Origin: a virus
Virus record (IMG/VR): IMGVR_UViG_3300035696_000024
Span: 26,209-90,208 of that record
Direction: 5' to 3' (one strand)
Length of the DNA stretch: 64,000 nucleotides
Positions within the stretch are counted from its first letter, which is position 1. Every line of letters starts with the position of its first letter. A program made the position numbers and the translations under genes. Of the stretch, positions 19,173 through 29,678 are shown in pieces. Below the pieces are notes generated by a model. That model had not been told where the DNA came from and ran no database searches. It worked only from the letters and a program-made list of their open reading frames with translations.

Positions 19173-19836
19173 AATTTATGTTTGGAAAAAAGAAATCTTT
19201 TTGAACATCATATCTTTTTGGATAAAAAGCAGTCGTATTTTGTTTATTGAGTGCCGAAGCCAACACAGCATTGCCACTTGAAGAACAAACAAAATAATAA
19301 CAACTGTGTATCATATCACAATATTCAAAAATGGTTTTGCACTCCATCTTTTCGTCGTGTTTTAATCCCTGATATTGTCTATGAAAATATTCTGATGTCG
19401 GTATTACAATTTTTCTATCTCCAAAATTTTCCTTTAATATTTCATCCAAATGGTCTGGTACTTCCCATGATGTGTAACCGCTAAAATCAACCAATATGGC
19501 TTCTGTTAGTGATTCTATGACTGTTGGTTGGTAATATATCTTTGGTAATTCGTTTTTAGGTTCCAACCCGTGGCAATATTCCCAATTATAGATTCGTGTT
19601 TTGCCTGCATAATGGGGAACAAAAGGAACACAAGACCCAACATTATCTGGCTCGCTGGATATTCCTTTTACATATGGGTTTTTTCCCCACACTAAACCAT
19701 AAATTTGAGGATTTCTATATACATTTTTCTCTGAAATATAAAAGTCGTAGCCCAATTCAGCAAACCTTTCAGGCAATGTAGAATATTGTAAATTGTCACC
19801 CAATCCGCCCCACGGTTGATAGAGAATTTTTTTCAT
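19165..19836 (-). CDS. Putative glycosyltransferase (GT9/heptosyltransferase-like)
   Basis: GGLGDNL...NPYV...SSGNAVLASAL. Confidence 0.55.
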   Translation of the reverse strand: MKKILYQPWGGLGDNLQYSTLPERFAELGYDFYISEKNVYRNPQIYGLVWGKNPYVKGISSEPDNVGSCVPFVPHYAGKTRIYNWEYCHGLEPKNELPKIYYQPTVIESLTEAILVDFSGYTSWEVPDHLDEILKENFGDRKIVIPTSEYFHRQYQGLKHDEKMECKTIFEYCDMIHSCYYFVCSSSGNAVLASALNKQNTTAFYPKRYDVQKDFFFPNINYE

Positions 19837-20543
19837 TATAAGTCAGAGGGAATAATCCAGTTGTTGGTTTCATAATTGCGGTCATACCATCCCGCAAGTT
19901 CATATGGTTCGAAATTCGGGCAGGGATGGACAGATTCCCAAGGAATGTTTCTGTCGTCGGGATGAAGACAGTCGGATTGTATGAGAAAAATGTCATCCGC
20001 ATTGATATAAACTGCGGTGTACCCATATTTTTCTCCTAATAGTTTATAACAATAAGGACTCGTTCCCCACCAACCGTTAGAATTGTTATTTCCATAAGGT
20101 TGTTCATACTTTCTTGCTAATTTTTCATATGTGTTGAATCTTACGTTGGTTTCAGCTATTATTACTCTTGGTTTATACTCTTTTAATAATTCTGCTAATA
20201 TCCAATAATCATTGCTGTCAAGATCAATGGATAATAAATCAAACATTTTAGGCATATGATATTGTTTAAAAATGGGGCATATGTTGTCTTTTGTAAGTTC
20301 TATTTGATATAAATTGATATTGGAATTGCTAAAGGCCATATCAAGTAAAATACCGTGCCACCCACAATGTTCTCTTAGATACCAAACTGTGGAATTATTA
20401 ATCCCATCACCTGCACCGACTTCTGCATAACATTTATTGGTAGTGCCTATGCAATCAAAAACGTGTTGTATGAGAGAGTCCTTGTATTTCTCTGCTTTAC
20501 CAACTGTTATAGGCTTAACATTTTTTAAGTCTAATTTTTTCAT
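19836..20543 (-). CDS. FkbM-like SAM methyltransferase
   Basis: AEVGAGDG, FDLLSIDLDSNDYWI, PRVIIAE; likely start MKKLDLK at 20543. Confidence 0.7.
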   Translation of the reverse strand: MKKLDLKNVKPITVGKAEKYKDSLIQHVFDCIGTTNKCYAEVGAGDGINNSTVWYLREHCGWHGILLDMAFSNSNINLYQIELTKDNICPIFKQYHMPKMFDLLSIDLDSNDYWILAELLKEYKPRVIIAETNVRFNTYEKLARKYEQPYGNNNSNGWWGTSPYCYKLLGEKYGYTAVYINADDIFLIQSDCLHPDDRNIPWESVHPCPNFEPYELAGWYDRNYETNNWIIPSDL

Positions 20544-21274
20544 ATTATGCTTACGCCTCTTTCTTGAACAACTTTTGATGCACATTTATTGGCAAATGTT
20601 ATGGATGTTTCAATATCATTGGTTTCATAATACTTACATACCAAACCTGCCATAAAACTATCGCCAGCTCCCGATAAGTCCCATACTTGAACTTTCTTAA
20701 CAGGATACATTTTTTCTCTAAACAAGCAACCTTTATCTCCTTCTGTAACTATAATTTTATTTTCTAATTCTTTTGTAAGAGTTGGTTTTGAACATGTATA
20801 TTCATGGTGATTGATTTTTATGTAAAGAGCGTTATTAGCAAACTTGCTGATATTTTTTTTGGTATCTAAAAATACGGTGGGGTGAGAGGAACAAATATAT
20901 TCAATATCCTCTTCTTTTAGAAATCCTTTGTTATAATCGGACACTACGACAATTTTATAATCCAAATTCAAATCCTTGATGTTTATTCTAGGAACATCAT
21001 GTTGATTTACGTCAATGCGAAAGAACATGTGATTGGTTCTTTTGTGCATGTATCGTGTTTTGGTAATATTATACCAATTATCGTTGGTTACTATGTCGCA
21101 CTCTTTGATTAAACTTTGAATGTTTCTTTGAACATTTTTTGCCATACCTGCGTTTTCCACTTCATTGACAATGTTTAAAACAGGGACAGGAATATCAGGA
21201 CACAAACGTTCAGCTTCACAATAAATGAAAATGTCCCTGCAACTGTCACCTATGACTAAAATTTTTTTATCCAT
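20540..21274 (-). CDS. Heptose-7-phosphate kinase domain (HldE/RfaE-I, PfkB family)
   Basis: VIGDSCRD, RLCPDIPVPV, GMAKNV, SDYNKG, DLSGAGDSF. Confidence 0.8.
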   Translation of the reverse strand: MDKKILVIGDSCRDIFIYCEAERLCPDIPVPVLNIVNEVENAGMAKNVQRNIQSLIKECDIVTNDNWYNITKTRYMHKRTNHMFFRIDVNQHDVPRINIKDLNLDYKIVVVSDYNKGFLKEEDIEYICSSHPTVFLDTKKNISKFANNALYIKINHHEYTCSKPTLTKELENKIIVTEGDKGCLFREKMYPVKKVQVWDLSGAGDSFMAGLVCKYYETNDIETSITFANKCASKVVQERGVSII

Positions 21275-21275
21275 A

Positions 21276-22472
21276 TTAATACAAACTTTTCTTTTCTACA
21301 ATCATGGAGGGCCTGTTTGATGCTAAAGCTAAACTGTAAGATTTAAGGACCTCTCCACCATTCTTTGGCACGTAAATCGGAAAATCCACCAACATTTTGA
21401 ATACATTGGTAAAGTTTTGTGAATGTGTAGGGCCTGCATAAAATAGTCCGCCATCCGTTACTATCGTTCTCATAATAACAGGAACCTTGTATTCTCCGTA
21501 AGAAATTCTTTCTATATGATTCATGTGATTGCCTATAGCATCTGCAGCGACCAACATAAAATCGTGGCGTTCATAATAAATTACAGGTCTGAATCCTTCA
21601 AAAGACATTCCCATAGCTAATCCTGCCATTAAATTTTCAGCAACAGGGGTTTCTATTTTCAAATCGTCTGATATTGGTTCCAAAACTCCCATAGCGTTTC
21701 CATATTTTATATTTTTGACACCATAACCTATGAAAATACCGTTGTTGTTTGATATGTCAACCATAGAATTTACTACAGCATTTTTGAAGGAAATTTTCTC
21801 AGATAGTAAATGGTCAAAATTTGGGAGAGGTTCTGATTGCAATGAAGGAAACAATTCTTCGTTTGTTGGAGCTTTGGACTTACTAAAATCCAACATACCA
21901 TCAACTCTAATATGTGGCCACGTTGAATGATAATAGTATCGTTTAACACATTTTGGAAGAATTGGTGGGGTCGAAGTACCCCAACGGTCTTTTCTTGAAG
22001 TGCTTACTGAATAGTTGTTGTCTTCCAATATAAATGTGCATGGTAAGTCCCATCCATCAACATAACGAGCTGCTTCAAATAAATGTCCATTGTCTTCCGT
22101 TCCATCACCGACAAAACACCATACTTTTTGTGTTGACCCTTTTTGCTTTAGCGCCCAAGCAACGCCAGCAGCTATGGCGACCATCCCCCCTATGATTGCT
22201 GAAGTGAAGAAATTGCGTTTTCTGTCAAAGATATACATGCTTCTTCCTTCAACAATTTTTTCTGTCAATTCCTTTTTTGGAATACCGTGGAGTAATGCAT
22301 GATAATGATTTCGATGTGTGGAAAAAACATAATCTCCTTCCTTGATATCTTTGAAAACATTTAGGAGCTGATCTTCATTTCCTCCCGATAAATGAAATGT
22401 AACTCTTAGATTTTTCTCTTTGTAGATACGGACAATATTATCGCTGAAATCTATTAATTCTTGTTTATTCAT
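21276..22472 (-). CDS. TPP-dependent E1 alpha/beta (transketolase-like) fusion
   Basis: STHRNHYH, GDGTEDNG...EDNN TPP motif, ETPVAENLMAGLAMG, GPTHSQ. Confidence 0.82.
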   Translation of the reverse strand: MNKQELIDFSDNIVRIYKEKNLRVTFHLSGGNEDQLLNVFKDIKEGDYVFSTHRNHYHALLHGIPKKELTEKIVEGRSMYIFDRKRNFFTSAIIGGMVAIAAGVAWALKQKGSTQKVWCFVGDGTEDNGHLFEAARYVDGWDLPCTFILEDNNYSVSTSRKDRWGTSTPPILPKCVKRYYYHSTWPHIRVDGMLDFSKSKAPTNEELFPSLQSEPLPNFDHLLSEKISFKNAVVNSMVDISNNNGIFIGYGVKNIKYGNAMGVLEPISDDLKIETPVAENLMAGLAMGMSFEGFRPVIYYERHDFMLVAADAIGNHMNHIERISYGEYKVPVIMRTIVTDGGLFYAGPTHSQNFTNVFKMLVDFPIYVPKNGGEVLKSYSLALASNRPSMIVEKKSLY

Positions 22473-22475
22473 AGT

Positions 22476-23042
22476 TTATATTTGACATGCAAAAATGACA
22501 AGTGGAAGAGAACTGTTTTTACCAACTGCCATCATTTCTCTAATTTTGTAGTTACATTTTTCGAATTGTTTTAGAAAATTATCATGGATGGACAAAGTAT
22601 GTGTTTCAATGTAATATTCTTTTACTAATTTAAAAACATCATCATTTATGGATAACAAATTGGTTTCATATCCTTCAATATCTGCCTTTACAATTTCAAT
22701 ATTGTATTTGGTTATTAATTCTATTACTTGTTGTGGAGAAGTTATTGTTTCATTGAAAAATAAAGCCCGTTCTGACCCAACGTTGGAAGTTAACCAATTA
22801 ATGTCTTCTTGGTTTGAATCAATACCAATCACTTTTTTGGCACCTAAAGACAAAAAGTATTCGGCGGTAGAAACCATGTTAGGCAATTTAATACCTTCCC
22901 ATTCCATCGTTCCTTTTTTAAACTGGTCTGTCTTACCAAAAAATCCACATCCCAAATCCAAAACAACTCTATCTTTAACACGAATGTATTCTTCTGGCCA
23001 AGCGTGTATTGGGTCTTCATCTATGATTGATTTTATTTCCAT
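22476..23042 (-). CDS. Class I SAM methyltransferase (FkbM-like)
   Basis: VLDLGCG, KADIEGYE, IETH. Confidence 0.7.
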   Translation of the reverse strand: MEIKSIIDEDPIHAWPEEYIRVKDRVVLDLGCGFFGKTDQFKKGTMEWEGIKLPNMVSTAEYFLSLGAKKVIGIDSNQEDINWLTSNVGSERALFFNETITSPQQVIELITKYNIEIVKADIEGYETNLLSINDDVFKLVKEYYIETHTLSIHDNFLKQFEKCNYKIREMMAVGKNSSLPLVIFACQI

Positions 23043-24049
23043 ATGTTTATTATAATTCTTCCCGATTTCCCCTGTTTTACCAATTCAACAGCTTTGTTTA
23101 TATCCTCTAATGGTAAAATATTTGTTATCATTTTGTTTACATTTATTATACCACTTTTTGCTAATTTTATATAGCGTGGAATATCAGTAGCAGGATTAGT
23201 TCTTCCACCTTGAGAAGCTTTTATGATTTTTCCTGTGCCACCAAATAAGTGACAAAAATTTGGAACATGAAGACAATCAAAAGGCGAAGACTGACCAACC
23301 AAAATATATCTTCCACTATCAGCTAACATTTCTGTCGTTATGGCAATAACATTGGTGTCGCCTGTGGTGTCTATAATTACGTCAAATTTTGTTTTTATCA
23401 TTGGTTCAGTTCTAGCGTTTACAAATTTTGTAGCACCCATTTCCAACGCCAAATCTTTTTTACTATCGAAAATATCTGCTGCTAAAATTGGATATGCGTT
23501 ATGCAACTTAGCGCCCATGATTATATTCAATCCGACTCCACCACAGCCAATAACCATCACACTTTCGCCCATTTTGATATTGGCGTCATTTATTACGGTT
23601 CCCAACGCTGTTGTCAGGCAACACCCAAGAAGAGAACACAATTCGGGAGGGGTGTCAGATGGAACAACAGTGAGTCTATTTTCTGACACAATTGAATATT
23701 CATTCAACGTGGTCACTTTTCCACTGGATATTAATTTACCTTTGTATTTGTAATGTGGAAAGTTGGATTCTATACCCTCTGTTTTCATCCAATGCATGAC
23801 TACCCTATCGCCTACTTTGACTCTAGTGACGCCTGTACCAATTTCCACAATTTCACCACACCCTTCATGTCCCATTAAATGGGGAACGAATTTAGCATTG
23901 CCTTTGTGACCACCAATTTCAAGTAGCTGAGAGCCACATAATCCACTTGTAAGAACTTTGACTAAAACCTGACCTACTTCAAGTGGAGTTAATTCGACTT
24001 CATCAATTATAAGAGGAGCATTTATTTTTTCAAGTATGACAGCTTTCAT
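23033..24049 (-). CDS. Zinc-dependent alcohol dehydrogenase (MDR family)
   Basis: GLCGSQ, GHEGCG, GCGGVG. Confidence 0.88.
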   Translation of the reverse strand: MKAVILEKINAPLIIDEVELTPLEVGQVLVKVLTSGLCGSQLLEIGGHKGNAKFVPHLMGHEGCGEIVEIGTGVTRVKVGDRVVMHWMKTEGIESNFPHYKYKGKLISSGKVTTLNEYSIVSENRLTVVPSDTPPELCSLLGCCLTTALGTVINDANIKMGESVMVIGCGGVGLNIIMGAKLHNAYPILAADIFDSKKDLALEMGATKFVNARTEPMIKTKFDVIIDTTGDTNVIAITTEMLADSGRYILVGQSSPFDCLHVPNFCHLFGGTGKIIKASQGGRTNPATDIPRYIKLAKSGIINVNKMITNILPLEDINKAVELVKQGKSGRIIINIWK

Positions 24050-24052
24050 AAA

Positions 24053-25390
24053 TTATATTTTGTGTAATACATCAGATGTATATTCTTTATTGTAAATAGG
24101 AACATGTGATTTTTTTCTGTTAAAAAGATATTCTTTTAACATTTCTCTGTTGATTTCCATTTCTTTAGGAGTTGCAGTAGAAATTCTATGAACGAAAGGA
24201 ACGTGAGATTGCCATTTTATGGAAATATCATAATTTTTCCAATCTTTATCCAAAATGACAACCCCATATTTTGCAGGATGATTGTATATGTCTGAACCCG
24301 GCAAGGGAATGAAAGATGTTAATGTTACCACATCTGGTTGAGTTTCCTCAAGAAAATCAATCATTGCTTTAGCAGAATCTTTCGTTTCACCCGGAAGTCC
24401 TGTCATCATAAAAGCTCTTGTGCGAAACCCGGCGTCCTTGGTTCTAAAAATCCCTCGTCTGTTTAATTCTACTGTAGTTTTTTTGTTCAAAAGTTTCAAT
24501 ACATGGTCTTCAGCAGATTCTATACCAAATCCAACTTCCCTGCAACCACCCCGCCATAAATTATTTAACGTCTTATCATCCACTTGGTCAACTCTCATTG
24601 AGCATCGGTAGTTAATTTTAGATTGTTCTAACAAATCGGTCAATTCCGAAAACCGCTTTTCATTGACGGTAAAACAATCATCTTGAAATCGAATTTCTGT
24701 CACGTTGTAATCTCTTTGAAGTATTTCCAATTCAGCTCTAACGTTTTCTATGGTTCTGAATCTTACTCTTTTATGATGCAAGGCTGGTGAAGCACAAAAA
24801 CTACATAAAAATGGACATCCTCTACTTGTTATCATTGTGGCCGAATTTCCTTTTCTGAACACGTTACCACCAAATGCTTTGCCTTCTCTAAAATATCTGA
24901 TTTTATCCAATACATCTATGGCAGGTAACGGAACTGCATCCAAATTAAGTAATGGAACTTTTTGTGTAATTATGTCTTTTTCTGTTGGGTTTGTGAGTGA
25001 TTTATTTAATGCTTCTTCGATGGTGGTTTCTCCTTCGCCACGACAAATGTAATTTATCGGAATATTTGGTAATTCTTGTTTCCATTCAGTTTCAGAAATA
25101 GCATCAAAGTGTGGGCCACCAGCAATGATAGGTTTGTTATATGTGTCTTTTATTCGTTTGGCAATTTTAATTGTTTCAGGGTAATCCAAAGTACAAGCTG
25201 ATAACGCAAACACATCGGCTGATGAAATTTCTTTTTCATGTGCCATATCTGTAAAAACAACACCAACCGATTCACCATTGATTTTGAGATTTCTCATGGT
25301 GGCTATGACATAAAGCATTCCCAAATTGGGGTCGGAATATGGGTCCGCTCTCCAAGGTTCATTTAATCTTATGAAATTTACGGTTAGCAT
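24053..25390 (-). CDS. B12-binding radical SAM protein
   Basis: GGPH, RGEGE, TSRGCPFLCSFC, FGIES, GLPGET. Confidence 0.9.
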   Translation of the reverse strand: MLTVNFIRLNEPWRADPYSDPNLGMLYVIATMRNLKINGESVGVVFTDMAHEKEISSADVFALSACTLDYPETIKIAKRIKDTYNKPIIAGGPHFDAISETEWKQELPNIPINYICRGEGETTIEEALNKSLTNPTEKDIITQKVPLLNLDAVPLPAIDVLDKIRYFREGKAFGGNVFRKGNSATMITSRGCPFLCSFCASPALHHKRVRFRTIENVRAELEILQRDYNVTEIRFQDDCFTVNEKRFSELTDLLEQSKINYRCSMRVDQVDDKTLNNLWRGGCREVGFGIESAEDHVLKLLNKKTTVELNRRGIFRTKDAGFRTRAFMMTGLPGETKDSAKAMIDFLEETQPDVVTLTSFIPLPGSDIYNHPAKYGVVILDKDWKNYDISIKWQSHVPFVHRISTATPKEMEINREMLKEYLFNRKKSHVPIYNKEYTSDVLHKI

Positions 25391-25395
25391 TTATT

Positions 25396-26265
25396 CTATA
25401 CTTTTATTGGATTATTTGTTCCTTGAATTGGGATAATAAATCCTTCACTATCGAATTGGGGCGGTTGACCCCATTTTTTTATCCATTTTTGAAATCCGTT
25501 TCTTTCGTGATTTGCCAATTCTGGTTTTCTTTGATGTAAATTATCATCTGGAAATCTACTTGCTCTTGAACCAAAGTGATAAACCACAGACCTTGCAGTT
25601 AAGACGAATTTGTAGTTTGCTAACTGCATTCGCACGAATAAATCGTAGTCTTCGTAATAAGCTGGAGCAAATAAATCGTCATTACCGCCTACAGCATCCC
25701 AATCTTTTTTCCGAATCAACCCCGACACGCCTTCTCCTTTTCTTATTTCCGTATCATTGAGCGATGAAAATTGTTCAGCATAATTGATAAAATGTTCTTC
25801 ATCAAAGTTATGATAGTATTCGCCAAACTCTTCTGGCGGAACAACAAGAGTACCCGGTCTACTTTCTTCATGAAAAATGTTTGGTTGAATTCTGTAACTG
25901 GATACCCAAATTGGAATATTGCCGTTTTTGTCTGCAATTCTTAATGCGTTTATATCCCAATCCTTCGATACAAAGAAATCAGCGTGCAGGAACATCATCC
26001 ACGGAGTTTTTACCTTGTTAGCACAAAAATTCATACCACCACCGATACCTTTGGCAACAATGTTGTTTTCTGTGTAAGGTTCAAGTTTGTAAATGTCTTT
26101 TCCCTCTTTTGTTATCCATTCATTTGTTCCATCAGTGGAATTTTCGGAATAAATGATGAATGGAGCATCTTTGAAGTAAGAATACTTCCTCACAGATTTA
26201 ACTGCCAACTTGAGATAATTCAAATTGTTAAATGTTGATATACAAAATGTTATTGGAGTCTCCAT
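25396..26265 (-). CDS. Glycosyltransferase family 2
   Basis: ENSTDGT, FLHADF, GGND..F.PAYYEDYD, VYHFGS. Confidence 0.85.
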   Translation of the reverse strand: METPITFCISTFNNLNYLKLAVKSVRKYSYFKDAPFIIYSENSTDGTNEWITKEGKDIYKLEPYTENNIVAKGIGGGMNFCANKVKTPWMMFLHADFFVSKDWDINALRIADKNGNIPIWVSSYRIQPNIFHEESRPGTLVVPPEEFGEYYHNFDEEHFINYAEQFSSLNDTEIRKGEGVSGLIRKKDWDAVGGNDDLFAPAYYEDYDLFVRMQLANYKFVLTARSVVYHFGSRASRFPDDNLHQRKPELANHERNGFQKWIKKWGQPPQFDSEGFIIPIQGTNNPIKV

Positions 26266-26268
26266 ATT

Positions 26269-27036
26269 TTATAAAAGATTTTTGTAAAATCGCTCGAAAG
26301 CGATTTCTACTACTTGATTTCTAAATTCTGCATCAGCGGTCATATGAACATAATTAACGTTATCAGACATATAAGACTGTGCATCCATATATTTATTTTC
26401 ATGGTCCATATAGTTATTTAGAAAAATTCTCAAAAAGTAATCATGAACCATAAAACTTCTTGGTAGTATGGTGGTTTCAACAGAACTGTGGACTATGTAA
26501 TTGAATATCGTCTGTTCATCTATGGCTAATTTTTTGTTTACCATGATGTCTTCCTTGTGTTTGTTAAAAAATTCGATGGCTTTTTCAAATATGAATTTTT
26601 GTCCTTTCTGAAATATAAAGAATCCACTATTGAAATAATTGTCCCAAGTTACTGCTTTTGGATTTTCAAAATAGTTTCCAACAAACTCCACTCTTTTCAA
26701 TAGAGCGGGAGCATACCCATAGTCCAAACAAATTGTAAATTTGTCGTTTGTGTAATCAAAGAGATTCTTAGCATTGGGCATCGGAAAAGTATCCCAATCA
26801 GCCAATAGACACTGGTCAAAATCTATCCCATTTTTCTCCAAAATTTCATAGGTATAAAATTTTTGAAATGCTGGAATCATTTCAGAAAAATCGTGAATTT
26901 TTTCTGTTGTTACTATAAATTCTATGTTATTTTTTTTACAATAGTAATCCCAGTATTGAATATCCCTGACAGCATAATGAGGCAATTCCTTATTAGGCTC
27001 TAACAGTGCTTGTATGAGAACTACATTCTTTTTCAT
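26269..27036 (-). CDS. Glycosyltransferase (GT8/GT34-like)
   Basis: YCKKNNIEF, LADWD, YFNSG, DEQTIFN. Confidence 0.7.
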   Translation of the reverse strand: MKKNVVLIQALLEPNKELPHYAVRDIQYWDYYCKKNNIEFIVTTEKIHDFSEMIPAFQKFYTYEILEKNGIDFDQCLLADWDTFPMPNAKNLFDYTNDKFTICLDYGYAPALLKRVEFVGNYFENPKAVTWDNYFNSGFFIFQKGQKFIFEKAIEFFNKHKEDIMVNKKLAIDEQTIFNYIVHSSVETTILPRSFMVHDYFLRIFLNNYMDHENKYMDAQSYMSDNVNYVHMTADAEFRNQVVEIAFERFYKNLL

Positions 27037-27039
27037 AAT

Positions 27040-27861
27040 TTAGTATTTTAAGGGCAATCCTGATGACGATTGCATCACAACACCCAAATAATTTTTTGCC
27101 CAATGGTCTTCTGTGTAACCCAGACTTTTGAACTGTTGATATTCAGGCATGTAGTGAAAAAATTTAAATATTGGTTCAACAGGCCATATTTCTATGGGTT
27201 TCCTGACCAACAACCACTCTCCATACCAAGTGAATTCACTAGCTACTGTATTGATAAGCCCTTCAAAAGTCAAATTATTTGGTTTGACATATTCTTCTTC
27301 CAAACTCTGTAATACTTTGTAGGAGAAAACTACAGGCGGAGGACCAAAATCATACAGTCTTCCTTTTCTATCGAATAGTTCCATAATTGGTGTTCGACAT
27401 TCAGCAAACGATTGTTGAGGGTCAAAGCCAAGTATTTCCTTGTATTTTGCCGTCCATGAAAAGAGGTCCTTCTGTTCATGCATCACTGTATATGGAATAG
27501 CATCATCCAACGGAGAATTAAATCCAACCAAGAAATCCTTGTAGTAAAAATCTTTTATAAAATATGAGTCAGAGTCCAATATTACATAGTTTTCAGCTAT
27601 TTCCGTTTTCCAAAACATTAATTTGGAAACCTGTTGGGTGTGCCATGATTGAACAAGATTATTACCTGTTATTTCTTCATCTGTAATAATGGTGTAGCCT
27701 GATGTTCCTAAAACGGTTTTGAATAGTTGAATATCTTCTTTAGGAATGGAAATGTAAAGTGGTATATTATCCTTATTGTGTTTCTTAATGGAATCAAAAA
27801 GAATTTTACATCTATGTACATCTCTACCGAATGATTTACAGTATAGGATTATTTTGTTCAT
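27040..27861 (-). CDS. Putative nucleotide-sugar transferase (DUF6492-like)
   Basis: WHTQQVSKL, YVILDSDSYF, SEFTWYG. Confidence 0.6.
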   Translation of the reverse strand: MNKIILYCKSFGRDVHRCKILFDSIKKHNKDNIPLYISIPKEDIQLFKTVLGTSGYTIITDEEITGNNLVQSWHTQQVSKLMFWKTEIAENYVILDSDSYFIKDFYYKDFLVGFNSPLDDAIPYTVMHEQKDLFSWTAKYKEILGFDPQQSFAECRTPIMELFDRKGRLYDFGPPPVVFSYKVLQSLEEEYVKPNNLTFEGLINTVASEFTWYGEWLLVRKPIEIWPVEPIFKFFHYMPEYQQFKSLGYTEDHWAKNYLGVVMQSSSGLPLKY

Positions 27862-28579
27862 ATTTGTAGCCTATGGACTTCAATTTTAATTGATTTGCTC
27901 TTTCAACCAAATTTTTATCAACGAAATATTGGTCCATTTCTTGTTGTGCTAATATATTGTAATTCGCTAAATTGGGATTGGTTTTAACTGTCACGTTTCC
28001 TATGTGAACAATTGGTGCCCAATCACAGACAGCAATTTTCCATTTGTTGTCTTCACAAATAATACCTGTCATCAGGTCTTGTACCCATCCATAATGACTT
28101 CCAAATTCGCCAATTTTCTCTGCTAATTGTCTTTTCATCAATGCACATTGAAAATCAACAAATGGCACATATCTTAATTCCGTCGCGTTCCAGTTGTGCA
28201 TTTGTTTCCAAAAACATTGATTTGGTATCGGTTGTATCACACATGGAGATACTACCATTAAATCATTATTTGAGAAAAGTAACTTTCTTAATGTGCTGAT
28301 GAAATTGTATCCGTGAACAATCAGGTCAGAATTTAATAACGTAAATGAATCGTATTCCGGGCTATCAATGAATAATTTCAATGACATATCCAATCCACCA
28401 CCGTAACCCATGTTGGTATCTGAATGATATGTAGAATATTTACTGACCTTATCAGAATCACTGCCATTGTTTATCACAACCAAATCATAATTATTGCGTT
28501 CGTAAGGTTTTAGCATTTCATACAACGCATCTGTGTATTGAACTGTATTGTGATGTAAAATGGCTATTAAACTTTTCAT
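27836..28579 (-). CDS. Glycosyltransferase family 2
   Basis: VINNGSD, NMGYGGG, LLNSDL. Confidence 0.75.
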   Translation of the reverse strand: MKSLIAILHHNTVQYTDALYEMLKPYERNNYDLVVINNGSDSDKVSKYSTYHSDTNMGYGGGLDMSLKLFIDSPEYDSFTLLNSDLIVHGYNFISTLRKLLFSNNDLMVVSPCVIQPIPNQCFWKQMHNWNATELRYVPFVDFQCALMKRQLAEKIGEFGSHYGWVQDLMTGIICEDNKWKIAVCDWAPIVHIGNVTVKTNPNLANYNILAQQEMDQYFVDKNLVERANQLKLKSIGYKYEQNNPIL

Positions 28580-28580
28580 T

Positions 28581-29669
28581 TTATAATTTACCAGTAACTA
28601 ATAATGCTTTTTCTATAGTATCATCCATGTCATAGTATTTGTATTCTGCTAAACGACCACCGAATATAACATTTTTTTGTGAATTACACAAGTTTTTATA
28701 ATCACATAATATCTTTTCATTTTTGTTATTATTAATTGGATAATAAGGGTCTTTTGTGATATTCCATTCTTCCGGATATTCTTTGGTAATTATTGTGTGT
28801 GGTTGATTACCAAATTCAAAGTGCTTGTGTTCTATTATCCTTGTATAAGGAATAGATGATTCCGTAAAATTTACTGATGCAACTCCTTGATAATCTTCAC
28901 ACTTTAGAAATTCTTTTTCAAACCTCAAAGTGAGATATTCCAAGTTACCGCATTGATAATCATAAAATTCATCAATGGGACCTGTGTATATGATTGTTTT
29001 TGCTAAAGAATTGAAATATTTTCGGTCATTGAAATAATTTACCCCCAATTTGACTTCTATTCCATTCAATAGATTTGTAAAGATGTTTGTGTAGCTACCT
29101 ATGGGAATTCCCTGATATTTATCAAAAAAGTAATTGTCATCAAAGGTCAATCTTACAGGGATTCGTTTAATGATGGATGATGGCAATTCTTTCGGGTCTT
29201 TTCTCCATTGTTTTGTTGTATATCCTTTTATGAAAATTTCATAAAGTTCCTTACCAACAACCGACAGAATATATTCTTCCAAATTTTGTGGATTGTCGTT
29301 TTTTATTCTAACTGATGCAAGTTTTTCTTTTGCTTCGGTTGGTGTTTTTACTCCAAAAACCTGATATAGAGTAAGAAGGTTTATTGGAAAAGAATAGAGT
29401 TTATTTTTGAATGAAACTTTTGGTCGGTAAGTAAAATTGTTAAATGAACAAAATCTGTTCATGTAGTTCCACACTTGTTCATTTGATGTGTGAAAAATAT
29501 GAGGCCCATACATATGAACATTTATTCCCTCAATATTTTCAGAATAACAATGTCCACCTATATGATTTTTTTTGTCTATTATCAGACATTTATAACCTTT
29601 GTCTGTAAGTTCTCTGGCGCATACAGACCCGAAAAGTCCACATCCAACTATTAAGTAATCATAAGCCAT
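28581..29669 (-). CDS. glf: UDP-galactopyranose mutase
   Basis: VGCGLFG, HMYGPHIFHT, YQGIP, PYTRIIEHKHF, GGRLAEYKYYDMD. Confidence 0.95.
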   Translation of the reverse strand: MAYDYLIVGCGLFGSVCARELTDKGYKCLIIDKKNHIGGHCYSENIEGINVHMYGPHIFHTSNEQVWNYMNRFCSFNNFTYRPKVSFKNKLYSFPINLLTLYQVFGVKTPTEAKEKLASVRIKNDNPQNLEEYILSVVGKELYEIFIKGYTTKQWRKDPKELPSSIIKRIPVRLTFDDNYFFDKYQGIPIGSYTNIFTNLLNGIEVKLGVNYFNDRKYFNSLAKTIIYTGPIDEFYDYQCGNLEYLTLRFEKEFLKCEDYQGVASVNFTESSIPYTRIIEHKHFEFGNQPHTIITKEYPEEWNITKDPYYPINNNKNEKILCDYKNLCNSQKNVIFGGRLAEYKYYDMDDTIEKALLVTGKL

Positions 29670-29678
29670 AATACATCA

